Shown here: one piece after another, positions 46,737 through 59,900 of the stretch
Position numbering within the stretch: the first letter of the stretch is position 1
How the letters are laid out: every line of letters starts with the position of its first letter
Source: Terriglobia bacterium
GTDB taxonomy: Bacteria; Acidobacteriota; Polarisedimenticolia; Polarisedimenticolales; JAIQFR01
NCBI GenBank assembly: GCA_963748015.1
Contig: CAVVHE010000008.1
Coordinates: 47,049-111,048 of the forward strand
Length of the DNA stretch: 64,000 bases
Direction of reading: 5' to 3'
Translations under genes and position numbers: made by a program
The notes under the pieces: model-generated
The model's input: the letters and a program-made list of their open reading frames with translations, nothing else
Databases searched by the model: none
Told to the model about the DNA's origin: nothing

Positions 46737-47864
46737 ATGCGGAAGGTCGTCGTCTCGATCGTCATTCTCGTCGCCATCCTCGGCGCGCTCGCCGGCGTCA
46801 AGGCTTTCCAGATCGCCGCAATGGTCCAGGCCGGAAAGGACTTCACCGTCCCAGCCGAGACGGTGAGCAGCGTCACGGTCCGGGAGGAGACGTGGCCGTC
46901 CACGCTCTCGGCCGTCGGCACCGTCCGGGCCGTGCAGGGAGTCGTGCTGCGGGCGGAGCTCGCCGGCACCGTCCGCGAGATCGCGTTCGAGTCGGGAAGG
47001 GCCGCCGAGACGGGCCAGCTCCTCGTGCACCTGGACACGTCGTCGGAAGAGGCCCGATTGCGGGCGGCGGAGGCGCAGGCCGAGCTGGCCCGGCTCAACC
47101 TCGAGCGCGCGAGGAGGCTCCACGCGCAGGAGCTCCTCCCGCAGTCCGAGCTCGACGCGAGCGAGGCGGCGTCGCGGCAAACCGCGGGCTCGGTGGACGA
47201 CATCCGCGCCGCGATCGCGAAGAAGACGATCCGCGCCCCCTTTGCGGGCCGCCTCGGCATCCGGCTGGTGAACCTCGGCCAGTTCGTCAACGCGGGGGAC
47301 CCGATCGTCTCGCTGCAATCGCTCGACCCCGTGTACGTGGACTTCTCGTTGCCCGAGCAGCAGCTCGCGTCGGTCCGCCGCGACCTGGTCGTGCGCGCGA
47401 CGACGGACGCCACTCCGGGGCAGGTCTTCCTGGGATCGCTGACCGCGCTGAACGCCGACGTGGACGCGTCCACCCGCAACATCCTCCTGCAGGCGACCCT
47501 CCCGAACCGGGGCGGCACGCTTCGGCCGGGGATGTTCGCCAAGGTCGAGGTGGTCCTGCCGGAGGCGCAGAAGCTCCTCGTGATCCCCGCGACCGCGGTG
47601 CTCCACGCGCCGTACGGCGACTCGGTGTTCGTGATCGCCGAGCCCCGTGACGCGAAGGCCGGCGGGAGCGGCAAGGAGGCGCGCCTCACGACCGTGCGGC
47701 TCGGCGAGACCCGCGGCGATTTCGTCGCGGTGACCCAGGGCCTCGAGGCCGGACAGACCGTCGTGTCCTCGGGGGTCTTCAAGCTCCGCAACGGCTCCCC
47801 GATCGTCGTGGACAATTCCCTGGCCCCGGCCGCGCAGGCAAAGCCCCAGCCGGCCGATTCCTGA
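46737..47864 (+). CDS. RND efflux periplasmic adaptor (MFP)
   Basis: IRAPFAGRLG, LRPGMF, IPATAV; N-terminal TM anchor. Confidence 0.92.
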   Translation: MRKVVVSIVILVAILGALAGVKAFQIAAMVQAGKDFTVPAETVSSVTVREETWPSTLSAVGTVRAVQGVVLRAELAGTVREIAFESGRAAETGQLLVHLDTSSEEARLRAAEAQAELARLNLERARRLHAQELLPQSELDASEAASRQTAGSVDDIRAAIAKKTIRAPFAGRLGIRLVNLGQFVNAGDPIVSLQSLDPVYVDFSLPEQQLASVRRDLVVRATTDATPGQVFLGSLTALNADVDASTRNILLQATLPNRGGTLRPGMFAKVEVVLPEAQKLLVIPATAVLHAPYGDSVFVIAEPRDAKAGGSGKEARLTTVRLGETRGDFVAVTQGLEAGQTVVSSGVFKLRNGSPIVVDNSLAPAAQAKPQPADS

Positions 47865-47874
47865 TCGGAAGACC

Positions 47875-50800
47875 ATGCGCTCCTTCACCGACGTCTTCAT
47901 CCGCCGGCCCGTGCTGGCGATCGTGGTCAACCTGCTGATCGTGATCGCGGGGGTGCAGGCGATCCGCTCGCTCAACGTGCGCCAGTATCCCCAGAGCGAG
48001 AACGCCTCCGTGACGGTGACGACCGTCTACGTGGGAGCGAGCGCCGATCTCGTGAGGGGCTTCATCACGACCCCCCTCGAGCGCGCCATCGCGGCGGCGG
48101 ACGGGATCGACTACCTCGAGTCCCAGAGCGCCCAGGGGGTCTCGACGATCACCGCGCGCCTCAAGCTCAACCAGGACGCGACGAAGGCCCTGTCCGAGAT
48201 CTCCTCGAAGGTGGACCAGGTCCGGGGCGACCTGCCGCCCGAGGCGCAGGTGCCGGTCATCAACATCGAGTCGGCCGACTCGCAGTTCGCGTCGGCCTAC
48301 CTCAGCTTCAGCTCGGACATCCTGCAGCCCAACGAGATCACGGACTACCTGGTCCGCGTCGTCCAGCCCCGCCTGTCGGCCCTGGAGGGAGTGCAGCGCG
48401 CCGACCTCCTCGGCGGAAGGACGTTCGCGATGCGGGTCTGGCTCAAGCCCGACCGCATGGCGGCGCTCAACGTCAGCCCGGCGCAGATCCGGCGGGCGCT
48501 CGCCGCGAACAACTACCTCGCCGCGGTCGGCCGCACGAAGGGCTCCCTGATCCAGGTGAACCTCACCGCGAACACCGACCTCCGGTCGGTGGACGAGTTC
48601 CGGCAGCTGGTCCTGCGGGAGCAGGACGGCGCCCTGGTCCGGCTCCAGGACGTCGCCGACGTCGTCCTCGGCGCCGAGGACTACGACAGCGAGGTCCGCT
48701 TCTCGGGCCAGTCGGCGGTGTTCATGGGGATCTGGTCTCTCCCCAACGCGAACTCCCTCGACGTCATGCGCCGCGTCCGCGCGGAGCTCGGGAAGATCCA
48801 GGCGGACCTGCCGACCGGGATGAAGGCCAGCGTCGCGTACGACGCGACCGCCTACATCAACGACGCCCTGAGCGAGGTGCTGAAGACGCTGATCGAGACC
48901 CTCGCGATCGTCGTCATCGTGATCTTCCTCTTCCTCGGGTCCCTCCGGTCGGCCCTCGTGCCGCTCGTCGCGATCCCGGTCTCGCTGGTCGGCGCCGTCT
49001 TCCTGATGCAGGTCTTCGGGTTCACGATCAACCTCCTGACGCTGCTCGCGATCGTGCTCTCGGTCGGGCTCGTCGTGGACGACGCGATCGTCGTCGTCGA
49101 GAACGTGGAGCGGCGCCTCCGCGAGGGGCGCAAGCCGGTGGACGCCGCGCTCCTCGGGGCCCGCGAGCTCGTGGGGCCGATCGTCGCGATGACCGTCACG
49201 CTCGCGGCGGTGTACGCGCCGATCGGACTGCAGGGCGGCCTCACCGGGTCGCTCTTCCGGGAGTTCGCGTTCACGCTGGCGGGGGCGGTCCTGATCTCGG
49301 GCGTCGTGGCCGTGACGCTCTCCCCCGTCATGTCGGCGCGCCTGCTCGATCCCCGCCGCGAGACCCGCGGGTTCACCGGGAGGATCAACCGGGACTTCGA
49401 CCGCTTCCGCGAGTTCTACGGCCGCCTCCTCGACCGGACGCTCAAGGCGCGGCCCGCCGTGTACGTCCTCTGGATCGCGCTGAGCCTGCTCGCGATCCCC
49501 ATGTTCCTGATGTCGCCCAAGGAGCTCGCGCCGGCGGAAGACCAGGGGGTCGTCTTCGGGGTCCTGGAAGGGCCGGCGGAATCGACGATCGACGAGGCGT
49601 CCCGTTACGCCGAGAAGGTCAACCGCGACTTCATGAGCCTGCCGGAGACCGCCTACACCTTCCAGATCACCTTCCCGAGCGGGGGCTTCGGCGGCGCGGT
49701 CCTCAAGCCCTGGGGCGAGCGGAAGCGCACCGCCTTCGAGGTCCTCCCCGAGATCGCGGGGAAGGTGAGCTCGATCGCGGGGGTCCGGGTCCTGCCGCTG
49801 CTGCCCCCCGCGCTTCCCGGCGGCGGGCAGTTCCCGGTCGAGTTCGTCCTCGCCTCGACGGTCGAGCCGGAGCGCATCCTCGCCTTCGCCGACAAGATCC
49901 AGCAGAAGGCGGCCGAGAGCGGCCTCTTCGCGTTCCCGCCGATCGTGGACACGAAGATCGACCAGCCCCAGACGGAGATCGTCGTCGACCGCGACAAGGT
50001 CGCTTCGCTCGGCCTCAGCCTCGCGGAGGTCGGCGCGGACGTGGCCGCGATGGTCGGCGGGAACTTCGTGAACCGGTTCAACATCTCGGGGCGCAGCTAC
50101 AAGGTGATCCCGCAGGCGAAGCGCACCGCGCGGCTCACCCCCGACCAGCTCGAGAACCTCTACGTGACCGGCCCCGACGGGAAGCTCGTCGCGCTGAGCA
50201 CGGTCGCGAGCCTCAAGAGCTCCACCCAGCCGCGGACGCTCAATCGCTTCCAGCAGCTGAACGCGGTGAAGATCAGCGGCGTCTCGATCGTGCCGCTCGA
50301 CCAGGCGCTCCTCTTCCTCGAGGGGGAGGCGGCCAAGATCCTCCCCGACGGCTACGTGATCGACTACACCGGCGAGTCGCGGCAGCTGCGGACGGAAGGG
50401 AACCGGTTCCTGCCGGCCTTCGGCCTGGCCCTCGTGCTGATCTTCCTGGTCCTCGCCGCGCAGTTCAACAGCTTCCGCGACCCGTTCGTGATCCTGGCGG
50501 GCTCCGTCCCCTCGCGATGTTCGGCGCGCTGCTGATGACCTTCATGAAGATGCCGAACCCGAACATGTCGTTCTGGACCGACGGCTGGACCACGACGCTC
50601 AACATCTACTCGCAGGTCGGGCTCGTGACGCTCGTGGGGCTGGTCTCGAAGAACGGCATCCTGATCGTGGAGTTCGCCAACGAGCTCCAGCGGCAGGGGC
50701 GCTCGAAGCTCGACGCCGTGCGCGAGGCCGGCCGGACACGGCTCCGCCCGGTCCTGATGACGAGCGTCGCGACCGTGGCCGGGCACTTCCCGCTGACGCT

Positions 50801-51016
50801 CGTCACCGGGGCGGGGGCGGCGGCGAGAAACTCGATCGGTCTCGTCCTCGTGGCCGGGATGGCGATCGGCACGGTCTTCACGCTCTTCGTCATCCCGTCG
50901 GTCTACATGCTGCTCGCGCGGGAGCACGCGAGCGAGGCGGTTGCCGAGCCCGAGATCGAAGCGCCGCACGCGCGTCCCATCGCCGTCGGGGAATACCTCC
51001 CGGCCTGGCCCGCTAG
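47875..51016 (+). CDS. RND efflux permease, AcrB/MexW-like (frameshift ~50510; exact 3' end uncertain)
   Basis: FIRRPV, GLVVDDAIVVVEN, then in the next frame GLVSKNGILIVEFAN, RLRPVLMT, TLFVIP. Confidence 0.9.
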
Positions 51017-51055
51017 GGCGTACAATCCGCGGCGTCCCGGAACGAGGAGGCGCGC

Positions 51056-51653
51056 ATGGGAAGAGGATCCGGCCGGCGGGCAGCGTCCGATACGGCGCAG
51101 CATCACGCTCGAGGACGGCGCGACGCTGGCGCTCCGCCTGATGACCCCCTCGGACGCCCATCGCGTCCACGCGTTCGCTCGGGCCCTGCCGGAAGACGAC
51201 CTGATGTTCCTGCGGACCGACATCACCAAGGCGGTCGTGGTGATGCTCTGGGGGCAGAACATCAAGAACGGCCTCACCGTGACCGTGCTGGCCGAGAAGG
51301 GGAACGAGGTCGTCGGCTACGCCAGCATGCACCACAACGAGGTGACCTGGCAGCGCCATCTCGGCGAGCTGCGGATCGTCGTGGCGGCGCCGTACCGGTC
51401 GCTCGGGCTCGGCAAGGAGCTCGCCTGCGAGATCTTCGGCATCGCGCGGGAGATGGGGCTCAGGAAGATCGTCGGGCACATGACGCCGGACCAGAAGGCC
51501 GCGATCGCCATGGTCACTCGCCACGGCTTCAAGCTCGAGGCCGTCCTGCACGACTTCGTCATGGACCGCGCCGGCCGCACCCACGACCTGATGGTCATGA
51601 CGTGCGACGTCGGGGCGATGCCCGCGCCCGCCTCGGACGCCCCCGGCCGCTGA
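51056..51653 (+). CDS. GNAT family acetyltransferase (probable extra G just after the ATG)
   Basis: TACAAT and GAGGAGG upstream of ATG 51056; VAAPYRSLGLG acetyl-CoA motif, HGFKLEAVL. Confidence 0.75.
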
Positions 51654-51698
51654 CGGGGCCGCCTCGCCGGCCGCGGCCCGGCCCTCCCGCAGGCCGGA

Positions 51699-54600
51699 TC
51701 ATCCCGGCAGCAGGAGCACTCGCTGGATGGACCAGAGACGGGCGAGGATCCCGCCGTTCAGGTAGGCGATCCGCCACACCGCCAGGCGGAAAGCCCGCTT
51801 CTGTCCGCGGGACTGCCGCCGCGACGGGAACTCGCGCTCGATGTCGCGAAGCGAGAAGCGCGCGGAGTCGAACGCGATCCGGCGCTCGTCCCAAGAGGCC
51901 GTGCCGGAGTGCAGCAAGGTTTGCGCGAGAAGGTAGAAGAAGCGGAAGTAAGGCGGCAGCGCGTCGGCGCTCGTACCTCGAAGCTGCGTCGCGGCGCGAT
52001 CGAAATCGCCGTGGACCGCATCGGCGAAGCCGCCCGATGCCAGCAGCGCCGGGTACGAGGAATCCCGCGGAAAGTTCAGCGCGGCCTGCACGATGCCCGG
52101 CAGCTCCTCGTCGCGCCCCAGTTCCAAGAGCGCCAGGACCAGGTTCTTGAGCCCCCACGCGGGGGCCTTCTCGAGACTCCGCCAATCCCCCAGCCAGTCG
52201 GCCGCCTCATGGTGAAGCCCCAGGCGGAGGAGCGCGAGCCCCGTGAGCGCCCACGTGCGAGGCTCGCGGCGCAGTCGGTCTCCTTCCGCCTTCATCAGGC
52301 TGCGGACGGCCGTCGCGATTCCGGCCCGCGCCGCCTGCTCCAGGTACTGGCCGGCGGCCTCGACCCAGAGCTCCTGCTGATCCCGGATGCGGACCAGACC
52401 ATCGAGGCACCTCCCGAAGTGACGTGCTTCGACCGCGAGGGACGCCCAGACCCGGCGGCCGACGCCGTCGCCTTGCCGGTGGCCAGGCTGTCCTCGATCG
52501 CGTCGAGGCACGGGCCGAGGGCGGCGGTCTCCGCCGCCGCCCTCGCCGCCTGGTCGACGAGAGGTAGGCTCGCGGCGGCCTCGAGGCACAGCTTCCGGAG
52601 CCCCACGAGGGCGCGATGGGCATCCTTGCGCGCGGCCGCGATCCGCGCCTCGCACGCCAGCGCTTGGGCGGCTGCGCCCGCCTCCTCGAGCCTCGGGATC
52701 ACCGCCTCCGCCTCGTCGAGCTCGTCGAGCCGGCGGTGCGCGTCGAAGAGTCCGACGAGGGCGCCGGCAAGCGCCGGGTCGAGCCGGAGCGCTCGCCGGA
52801 ACGCGGTCTTGGCGCCGGACGGATCGGCGGCCGCCAGGCACGCGCGGCCCAGGAAGACCTGGGCGTGGCCATCGTGCGGTTCCAGGGACGCCAGGCGCCC
52901 GGCGGCGGCCAGCAGCCCGAGAGCGTCCCCGGCGGAGCCGCACCATTCCGCGAGCTGGTGCCAGCCCCACACGTACGCCGGGTTGTCCCTCAGCAGCATG
53001 CGCATCCGGCCGATCGCGTCCAGGGCGCGGCCGCGCTGGTAGTCGACCCAGGCCCGGCGTCCCAGCAGCGAGAGCGGCGGGGAGGACTTCCAGAGCGGCG
53101 GATTGCATGCCGAGACGGCATCGCCGAAGCGGCCGGCACCAACGAGGAGCGCGGCCTTGAGATCATGAGCGTCGAGGAGGCTCGGATCGAGCTCGAGCGC
53201 CCGCTCGACGATCCGGAGGCACTCGTCGATCCGGTCGGGGCGCTCCATGCATCGCCCGAGAATGAGCCAGGAACGGGGGTCCCGCGGAGAGATCTCCGTC
53301 CACTTCCGGGCCAGCCTCTCGGCGGAATCGCGATCCAGAGCGAGAGAGTACTCGTGGAGCAGCCTCCAGCCTTGCTCGTGGGCCGGATCGATGCCGACGA
53401 GGCGCTCGAGAACCGCCACCGCGGCATCCTTCTCGCCGAGGCGCCAAAGCAGCCCCGCCCGGCAGCATTGATTCTCGGGGTCGAGAGACTCCCGTTTACA
53501 GGCGTCCTCCAGAACCTGCCGGGCGGAAGCGACGTCTCCCCGGTCCGCGAGCGCTCTCGCCAGCAACCGAGCCGCGACCGTCCACGACGGGTAGATTTCC
53601 AGCGCGCGGCGCAACGCCGAGATCTCGTCGTCCCGACGTCCTTGACAGCGGGCGACCGTCGCCAGGTCTTGCCAGGCCGCCGCCTCGAGAGGGAAGCGCC
53701 GGACCGCCTCGCTCGCCGCCTCGGCCGCTTCGTCCAGGCGGTCCATCGCGGCGCACTGCGCGATCGCGATCGACCAGTGCCCCCAGACGCCCGGGCGGCG
53801 CTCGAGCATGGCGCGGCAGAACGCGAGAATCTCCCCGCCGTCCAGAACGCCCGCCGCGGCCTCGCGGTAGGCCGCGCAACCCGCCACTCCCGCCGACGGG
53901 CCCTCGAGCCGCTCCCGGACGAACGCGATAGCCGCTTGTTTCTCCGCCAGCGAGGGGCAGAGCGCCGTCCAGTGGTGGATCGCGAAGACGTCGTCCGCGG
54001 AGCGGCTGACGGCTTCGCGGTACGCGCGCATCGCCTCGCTCGCGTCACCGCCTCGCTCGAGAATCCAGCCGAGGACCGACCAGGATGCGCTCGACTCCGG
54101 CTCGATCTGCATGGCGATCTTGGCTTCCGCGAGCGCGGCGACTCTCTCGTTCTCGTCGGAGAGGATCAGGGCGTATTCACGGTGCGCCCACGCGTCGCGC
54201 GGGTAGAGGTCCACGAGGTAGCGGGCGGCCTCCCGCGCGAAGTCGCGGCGCCAGCGTCTCGTCCAGCGCAGCCGTTGACGGTGCAACTCGACGTGATAGG
54301 GGTACTGCGCGCAGGCCGCGCCGAGATGGTCGAGCGCGGCGTCCACTCCCCGGACGGCGGCGATCAGCCAGACGGTGGCCTCGCGCGCTTGGATGTCCAG
54401 CGGTTCCCGCCGGAGCACCTGCTCCCAGCGAGCGAGCGCGTCCGGAAGCGCCCCTCGCGCCCTCGCCACGTCCGCGGAGGTTCGGAGATGGGAACTTTCG
54501 CTGACTCGCCCGGCGGCCCGCTCGAGAAGCGCGTCGGCGCGATCGATGAACCCCCGCTCGGCGCCGGCGCCGGCCGCGAAGGCCAAGAGGTCGCCGTCCT

Positions 54601-56679
54601 CGGGACGCCGGGACAGAGCCTCGTCGAGGATCTCGAACGCGAGCCCGGCCCTGTCCAGCGAGCAGAGGGCCTTGAACAGCGTGAAGGCGGGACCCGCCGA
54701 CCGATCCTCGAGGCGGCGGAAGCGATCCTCCAGGAGCCGGAGGGCGTCCTCGGACCGTCCAGCCGCGCACGCGACCTGGAAATAGGAGAGCGCGAGCTGC
54801 TCGGCCTTGTCGTCCAGACAGGCCGCGAAGCGGGCGGACTCGATCGCTTCCTCCTTGAGGCCCCGCCGCCACTGGATGCGAGAGAACGTCGAGTGCCCCC
54901 GCGGTCGGCTGCCCGCCGACGCGGAGCGCCGGCCGAAGGAGCTCGATCGCGCGGTCCTGGTCCCATGCGTCCACCGCCAGCTCGCCGGCATAGGCGATGC
55001 GGACGGCCGGATGGCTCGCGGATTCTCCGCGAGGGAGCGCAGGAGGGCCATCCGCTCGTCGTATCGGAGCAGATCCCGCAGGAGATCCGCGCGGTTGGCC
55101 GAGAGCGCCTCGTCCGACGGGAAGAGACGCAGGAGGCCGTCGACGGACTCGAGCATCGCGCCGCGGTTCGCGTCGTACGCCGCCACGGCGAGCCGGCCGC
55201 GGAGGGTGAGAGGGTGACCCGGCGCCGCGGACTCCATCTCGGAAAGCGTGCGGGCCGCCTCCGCGCGGTCATGGGCTCGCAGGGCCTTTCCGATCCCGTA
55301 CAGCAGGTCGTGGACCGGCGCGTCCGGGAGATCGAGGGGCTCGAGAAGCTCCGCCCGCTCTCGCGGCACCAGTGCCATGCCTCGCGGACCGCTCGCGCGC
55401 TGGTGCTCGAACAGCGGCTCGGCGAGCGCTTCCCGTAGTGGCGGAAGGTGGGATCGCGCAGGAGCAGGGTGCCCCGAAGCGCGTCGTAGCCAATGACCGC
55501 CTGCAGGTGCGCGCCCCAGGGCCAGGTCGTCACGAGCGTGAACGGTATCCCGCGATCGAGCAGGGCGGTCGAGCTCTTCCAGTCGACCGTGAACTCGCGC
55601 GCCAGCCAGCCGTGCTCGCCTCGGCCCATTCCCGCTCGCTGCACGATGGTCGTTCCGTCGTAGCAGATGCGGTCCGCCAGCTCGAGGTGGTCCACCGGCT
55701 TCGACCAGAATCCGGCGATGGCCGCCAGCGTGGCGGGAGCGCAGGTTTGGTGATGCTGGCGCACGAATCCCACCGGCAGCCTGACCCGCGCCCTCGGCAG
55801 GTCCGGCCGGTCGAGCCGCTCGAGCAGCGAGGCATGGAACGGATTGTCCGACGCCCGGGCGTACCGGACCGCGGCCTCCAGGTCTCCGCAGCCGTAGGCG
55901 GCGTCGGATCGAAGGGCGGCGAGGGACCGGGACCAACCGGGCTCGAGGAGCGGTGACAGATTCTCGAAGTGGTCGAGGCTCGCGAGCACCTCGCGATGAA
56001 GCCCCAGTTCGCTCTGGGTCTTCGCGAGCTCCATGGCGACCAGCGCGCACTCGATTTCCTTCGCGGCGTCTCCGAGGAGGGCGAGAGCCTCGTCGTCCCG
56101 GCCCTGCATTCGAAGGAGCTCCGCGGCCACGAGGAGCGCGGGCGGGTACCACGGCCTGAGGTCCAGGGCGAACTGCGCGGCGCCGAGCGCTTCCTCGTAG
56201 CGATCCTGGGCCAGTAGAACGTAGGCTCGCTCGGTGAGCACCCAGGGGGATCGCGGCAAGAGCTTCTCGGCGCGGTCGGCGAGAAGCTCGGCCCGCTCGA
56301 AATCGCGAAGGAAGGCGAGGGTCTCGGCCTCGAGGGCCAGACGCTCGCCGAGGGCCTCCTCGTCCTCGGACGGCGGCTCGCTCTTGCCGCGAAGAAAGTG
56401 CATGACGGCCAGAGGTCCGAGGCGCCGGCCGATGACGCGGGCGCGGAAGTACACCGCGCCGGGATGGTCGGGGTCCTTGCGCCACGCCAGCTCGTGGAGG
56501 GCGTTTCCGAGACGCGGCGCGCCGAGCTGCATCGCGAGCCGCCCGGCAAGGAGCCGCGCGGCGGTTCCTTCCCACTCCCTGAGCGGCGCGACGCGCGAGG
56601 CGGCCTCGTGGGCCTGCACGAAGTGGCCCGCGTCGTAGAGCGCTGCCACGCGCTGAAGATCGGCGTCGCCGACGAGCAT
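51699..56679 (-). CDS. Large TPR protein with a central C39-like cysteine peptidase domain (multiple frameshifts)
   Basis: FVRQHHQTCAPATL, ICYDGT, AHLQAVIGYD, flanked by TPRs spread over ORFs 54364-56679, 52295-56740 and 51699-53108. Confidence 0.7.
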
Positions 56680-56913
56680 GACCGTTCATCCGGGCAAGGC
56701 TCGGGGACCGTCCGCCCCGCCTGCCGACTCGAACAGGCACCCGGACGGCACCCCGGTCCGCCCGGCGTCAGGACAGCAGGCCGCCTGCGGCGGCGCGTCT
56801 CGACGATGGCATCCGGCACCCCGGATGCCGCGCGGAGAGCATACCCGACCAAGGCGGCGGAAGGAATGGTACGAATCGCGGCTCTGTTCGCTCGCGGCCC
56901 GGCCGGCCCCAGG

Positions 56914-59900
56914 CTAATCGTCCCAGCCGAACCGCTCCGACACGCGCTCGAGCCACACGTACGTGGCCGGGTGGATCGTGTCGCCGCCTTCCTTTTCGAA
57001 GAAGAACGGCTTGCGCTTGACCTTGGCGGGCGCGACCTGGTCCATCGTGCTCGCGTCGTAGAGGCGGCCGTTGAGCATCGTGAAGGCGATCTTCTCGGAG
57101 TCGCGGATGTCCTCGAGCGGCTTGCCGTCGATGACGACGAGGTCGGCGAGCTTCCCGGGCTCGATCGAGCCGAGGTCCTTGTCCAATCCGAGGTAGCGCG
57201 CGCCGTCGAGGCTGGCGCTGCGGAACGCCTCCCACGGGGTGAAGCCGCCCTGGACCATGCTCCAGATCTCCCAGTGGGCGGCGAGCCCCGCGCGCTGGCC
57301 GTGCGCGCCGATCTGCACCGACACCCCCTTCGAGCGGAGGACGTGCGCCTCCTCGGCGACGCGGACGTGGTTGTAGTGCGCGTCCGGGGCCTTGGTGCGG
57401 CGCATGGAGCGCGGTTCGACGATGAAGCGCGGGGTGAACGTCATGAGGCGCTGGTCCTTCCACACGTCCGTGCGGTCGTACCAGTAGTTCTCGCCGGAGA
57501 TGCCGCCGTAGGCGACGACGAACGTCGGCGTGTAGCCGACCTTGGTCTTCTGACCAGAGCTGCCTCGCGTCGTCGTAGAGCCTGACGAGCGGGGTCGCGT
57601 GCTCGATCCCGGTGTGGCCGTCCACGATCTGCGTCATGTTGGACTGGTACTTCGCGCCTCCCTCGGGCACGACCATCATCCCGAGGTCCCGGGCCGCGGC
57701 GAGGATCTGCTGCCGCTGGTCGCGGCGCGGAAGCTGGTAGGACTTGACGGAGATCGCGCCGGCCTCCTTGAGGCGCCTCACGTGGAACGCCGCGTCGTCG
57801 AGGGAGTCCACGTCGGCGGTCACCGAGGGCTCGTGCGCGCCGTAGAGGATCGTCCCCGTCGAGAAGATCCGGGGGGCCACGACGAGGCCGGCCTTCTGTA
57901 GCTCGGCCGCGGCGAAGACGCTCGCGGTGTCGTTCGAGGGGTCGTGGATCGTGGTCACGCCGAAGGCGAGGTTCGCGAGCTGCATCCAGTTCTGGTCGGG
58001 GACGAGCCCCTCGTTCGCGAACGGGCCGTGCGCGTGCGCGTCGACGAAGCCCGGGACGATCGTCTTGCCGCTCACGTCGAAGACCGCGGCGCCTTCCGGG
58101 ATCGCAACACTCGAGGCGGGGCCGACCGCCTCGATCCGGTTCCCCTTCACGACGACGACGCCGTTCTCGACGATCTCCTGCCTCGCGTCCGCATCGCGCA
58201 ACGTCACGATCCGCGCCCCCTTGAGCACGATCGTCCCGGCGGGGCGGTCGGACGGCACACGGAACTTCAGGTCGGTGCCTTCCTCGACCGGTTCGGGGAG
58301 CTTGTCGGGCGCCCCCGCGAGGAACGCGAACGCGTCCTTGAGATCGCGCGTGTAGAGCGTCGGCCCGTGGCTCCAGTGCAGGGCCTTCCCGTCGCCGGAC
58401 CAGTGCAGCGACTCGCCCGACCGCTTCGACACCTGCTTCACGGGGATCGCCTTGGTGCCGGAGCCGATGTCCACGGGCTTGCCGGTCGAGGCGAACGGGG
58501 CGACGAAGACGTTCCACTTCGCGGTGAACGCGACGAACCGGCCGTCCGGCGAGACGGCGAACTCCGTGGCCTCGTCGCTCTTGAGATGCGTGCGAGCGTC
58601 CACGCCGTCGAGGTTCACGCTCTTGAAATGGAGGTTGGTCTCGTCCGCGGGCTCCGAGAAGAACACGCGGTCGCTCGCGGCGCCGAACTGGGCGTTGACC
58701 CCGTTCTTCGAGAGCAGCTTCGCCTCGCCGCCGGAGGCGGGGATCAGGTAGACGCCGGGATCCATGGACCAGGCGCCGGCGCTCATGTAGCCGTCGGTGA
58801 CCTTCCGGAACACGAGCCACTTGCCGTCGGGGGAGAAGCGGGGCTCGACGTAGTGGCCCGGGTCCTTCGTGACGGCGCGCCCCTCGCCGCCGCCGGCCGG
58901 GACGACGCGAAGGGAGCCGTAGGCCTCGTCGTTCCACGTCGTGTACGCGATCCACTGCCCGTCGCGCGAGAACGACGGGTGGAACTCCGTGTGATCCGTC
59001 TGGGCGGTGAGCCGCCTCGGCGCGCCGCCCTTCGCGTCCCGGACGTACAGGCGCCCGAGCGCCTGGAAGACGATCCTCGACCCGTCCGGGGAAAGCTGGG
59101 CCCAGCGCGGCATCTTGACGTCGAACTCGGCGGGGGCCACGTCCACGGGGAAGCGGACGGCGGGGGCGACCTTTCGCGAGGTCTTCACGTGAACGGGAAT
59201 GACCGCGTCCTCCTTCGTCCGGACGTTCACGCGGCGGATCTTCCCCCCGGCCCAGAACACGATGGACGTCCCGTCGGGGGTCCACGCGAACGCCGTGGTG
59301 TTCCCCTGGCTGCCGTCGGTCTCCTGGAGGTCGCGGTCGAGGCGCGTGTACACGGGCCGCTCGGTCCCGCTCGCGAGGTCCTTCACGTAGAGCGCGCTCA
59401 CCATGTCCGGCGTGCGCTTGACGTACGCGAGCGACTTGCCGTCCCGCGACGGCGTCGGGCGGATCGCGCCGCCGGCCCCCTCGACGATCGTGTCCACCTC
59501 GCCGTTCTTCCGGTCCAGGCGGCGAATGGAGAAGATCCGGCCGGTGGAGTCCTTGTCGTACTGCCACACCCGTCCCGGCGTCGTGTCCTGGCTGTAGTAG
59601 AGGTACCGGCCGTCGGGGGAGAGCGCCGGCTCCGCGATGGTCTTCTGCGCCTTGGCGCCGTCGGGCCGCTCGACGAGCACGAGGCCGCCGCCGCCGCCCA
59701 CGCTGAAGAGCCAGATCTCCCCCGCGGCGATGCTGCGCGTCGAGGTGAAGTCCTTCTTCGCGACGAGGTACTCGCCGTCCGCGCTCCATGACGGGTTGTG
59801 GACGAGGTGCTCCTTCTCCTCGGTGACGGCCGTGGGGTTCGTCCCGTCCGCGTTCATGAGCCAGAGGTTGTCGGCGCCGCCGCGGTCGCTGATGAAGGCG

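Noticed and set aside
50517-51653. Apparent RND C-terminus-GNAT fusion
   Set aside because: The linker contains TACAAT, GAGGAGG and an ATG that is in frame with GNAT if one G is removed; the region is indel-rich, so two genes are more likely.
51656-51670. 15-mer GGGCCGCCTCGCCGG after stop codons here and at 30383-30397
   Set aside because: Too short and GC-rich to separate from chance without genome-wide counts.
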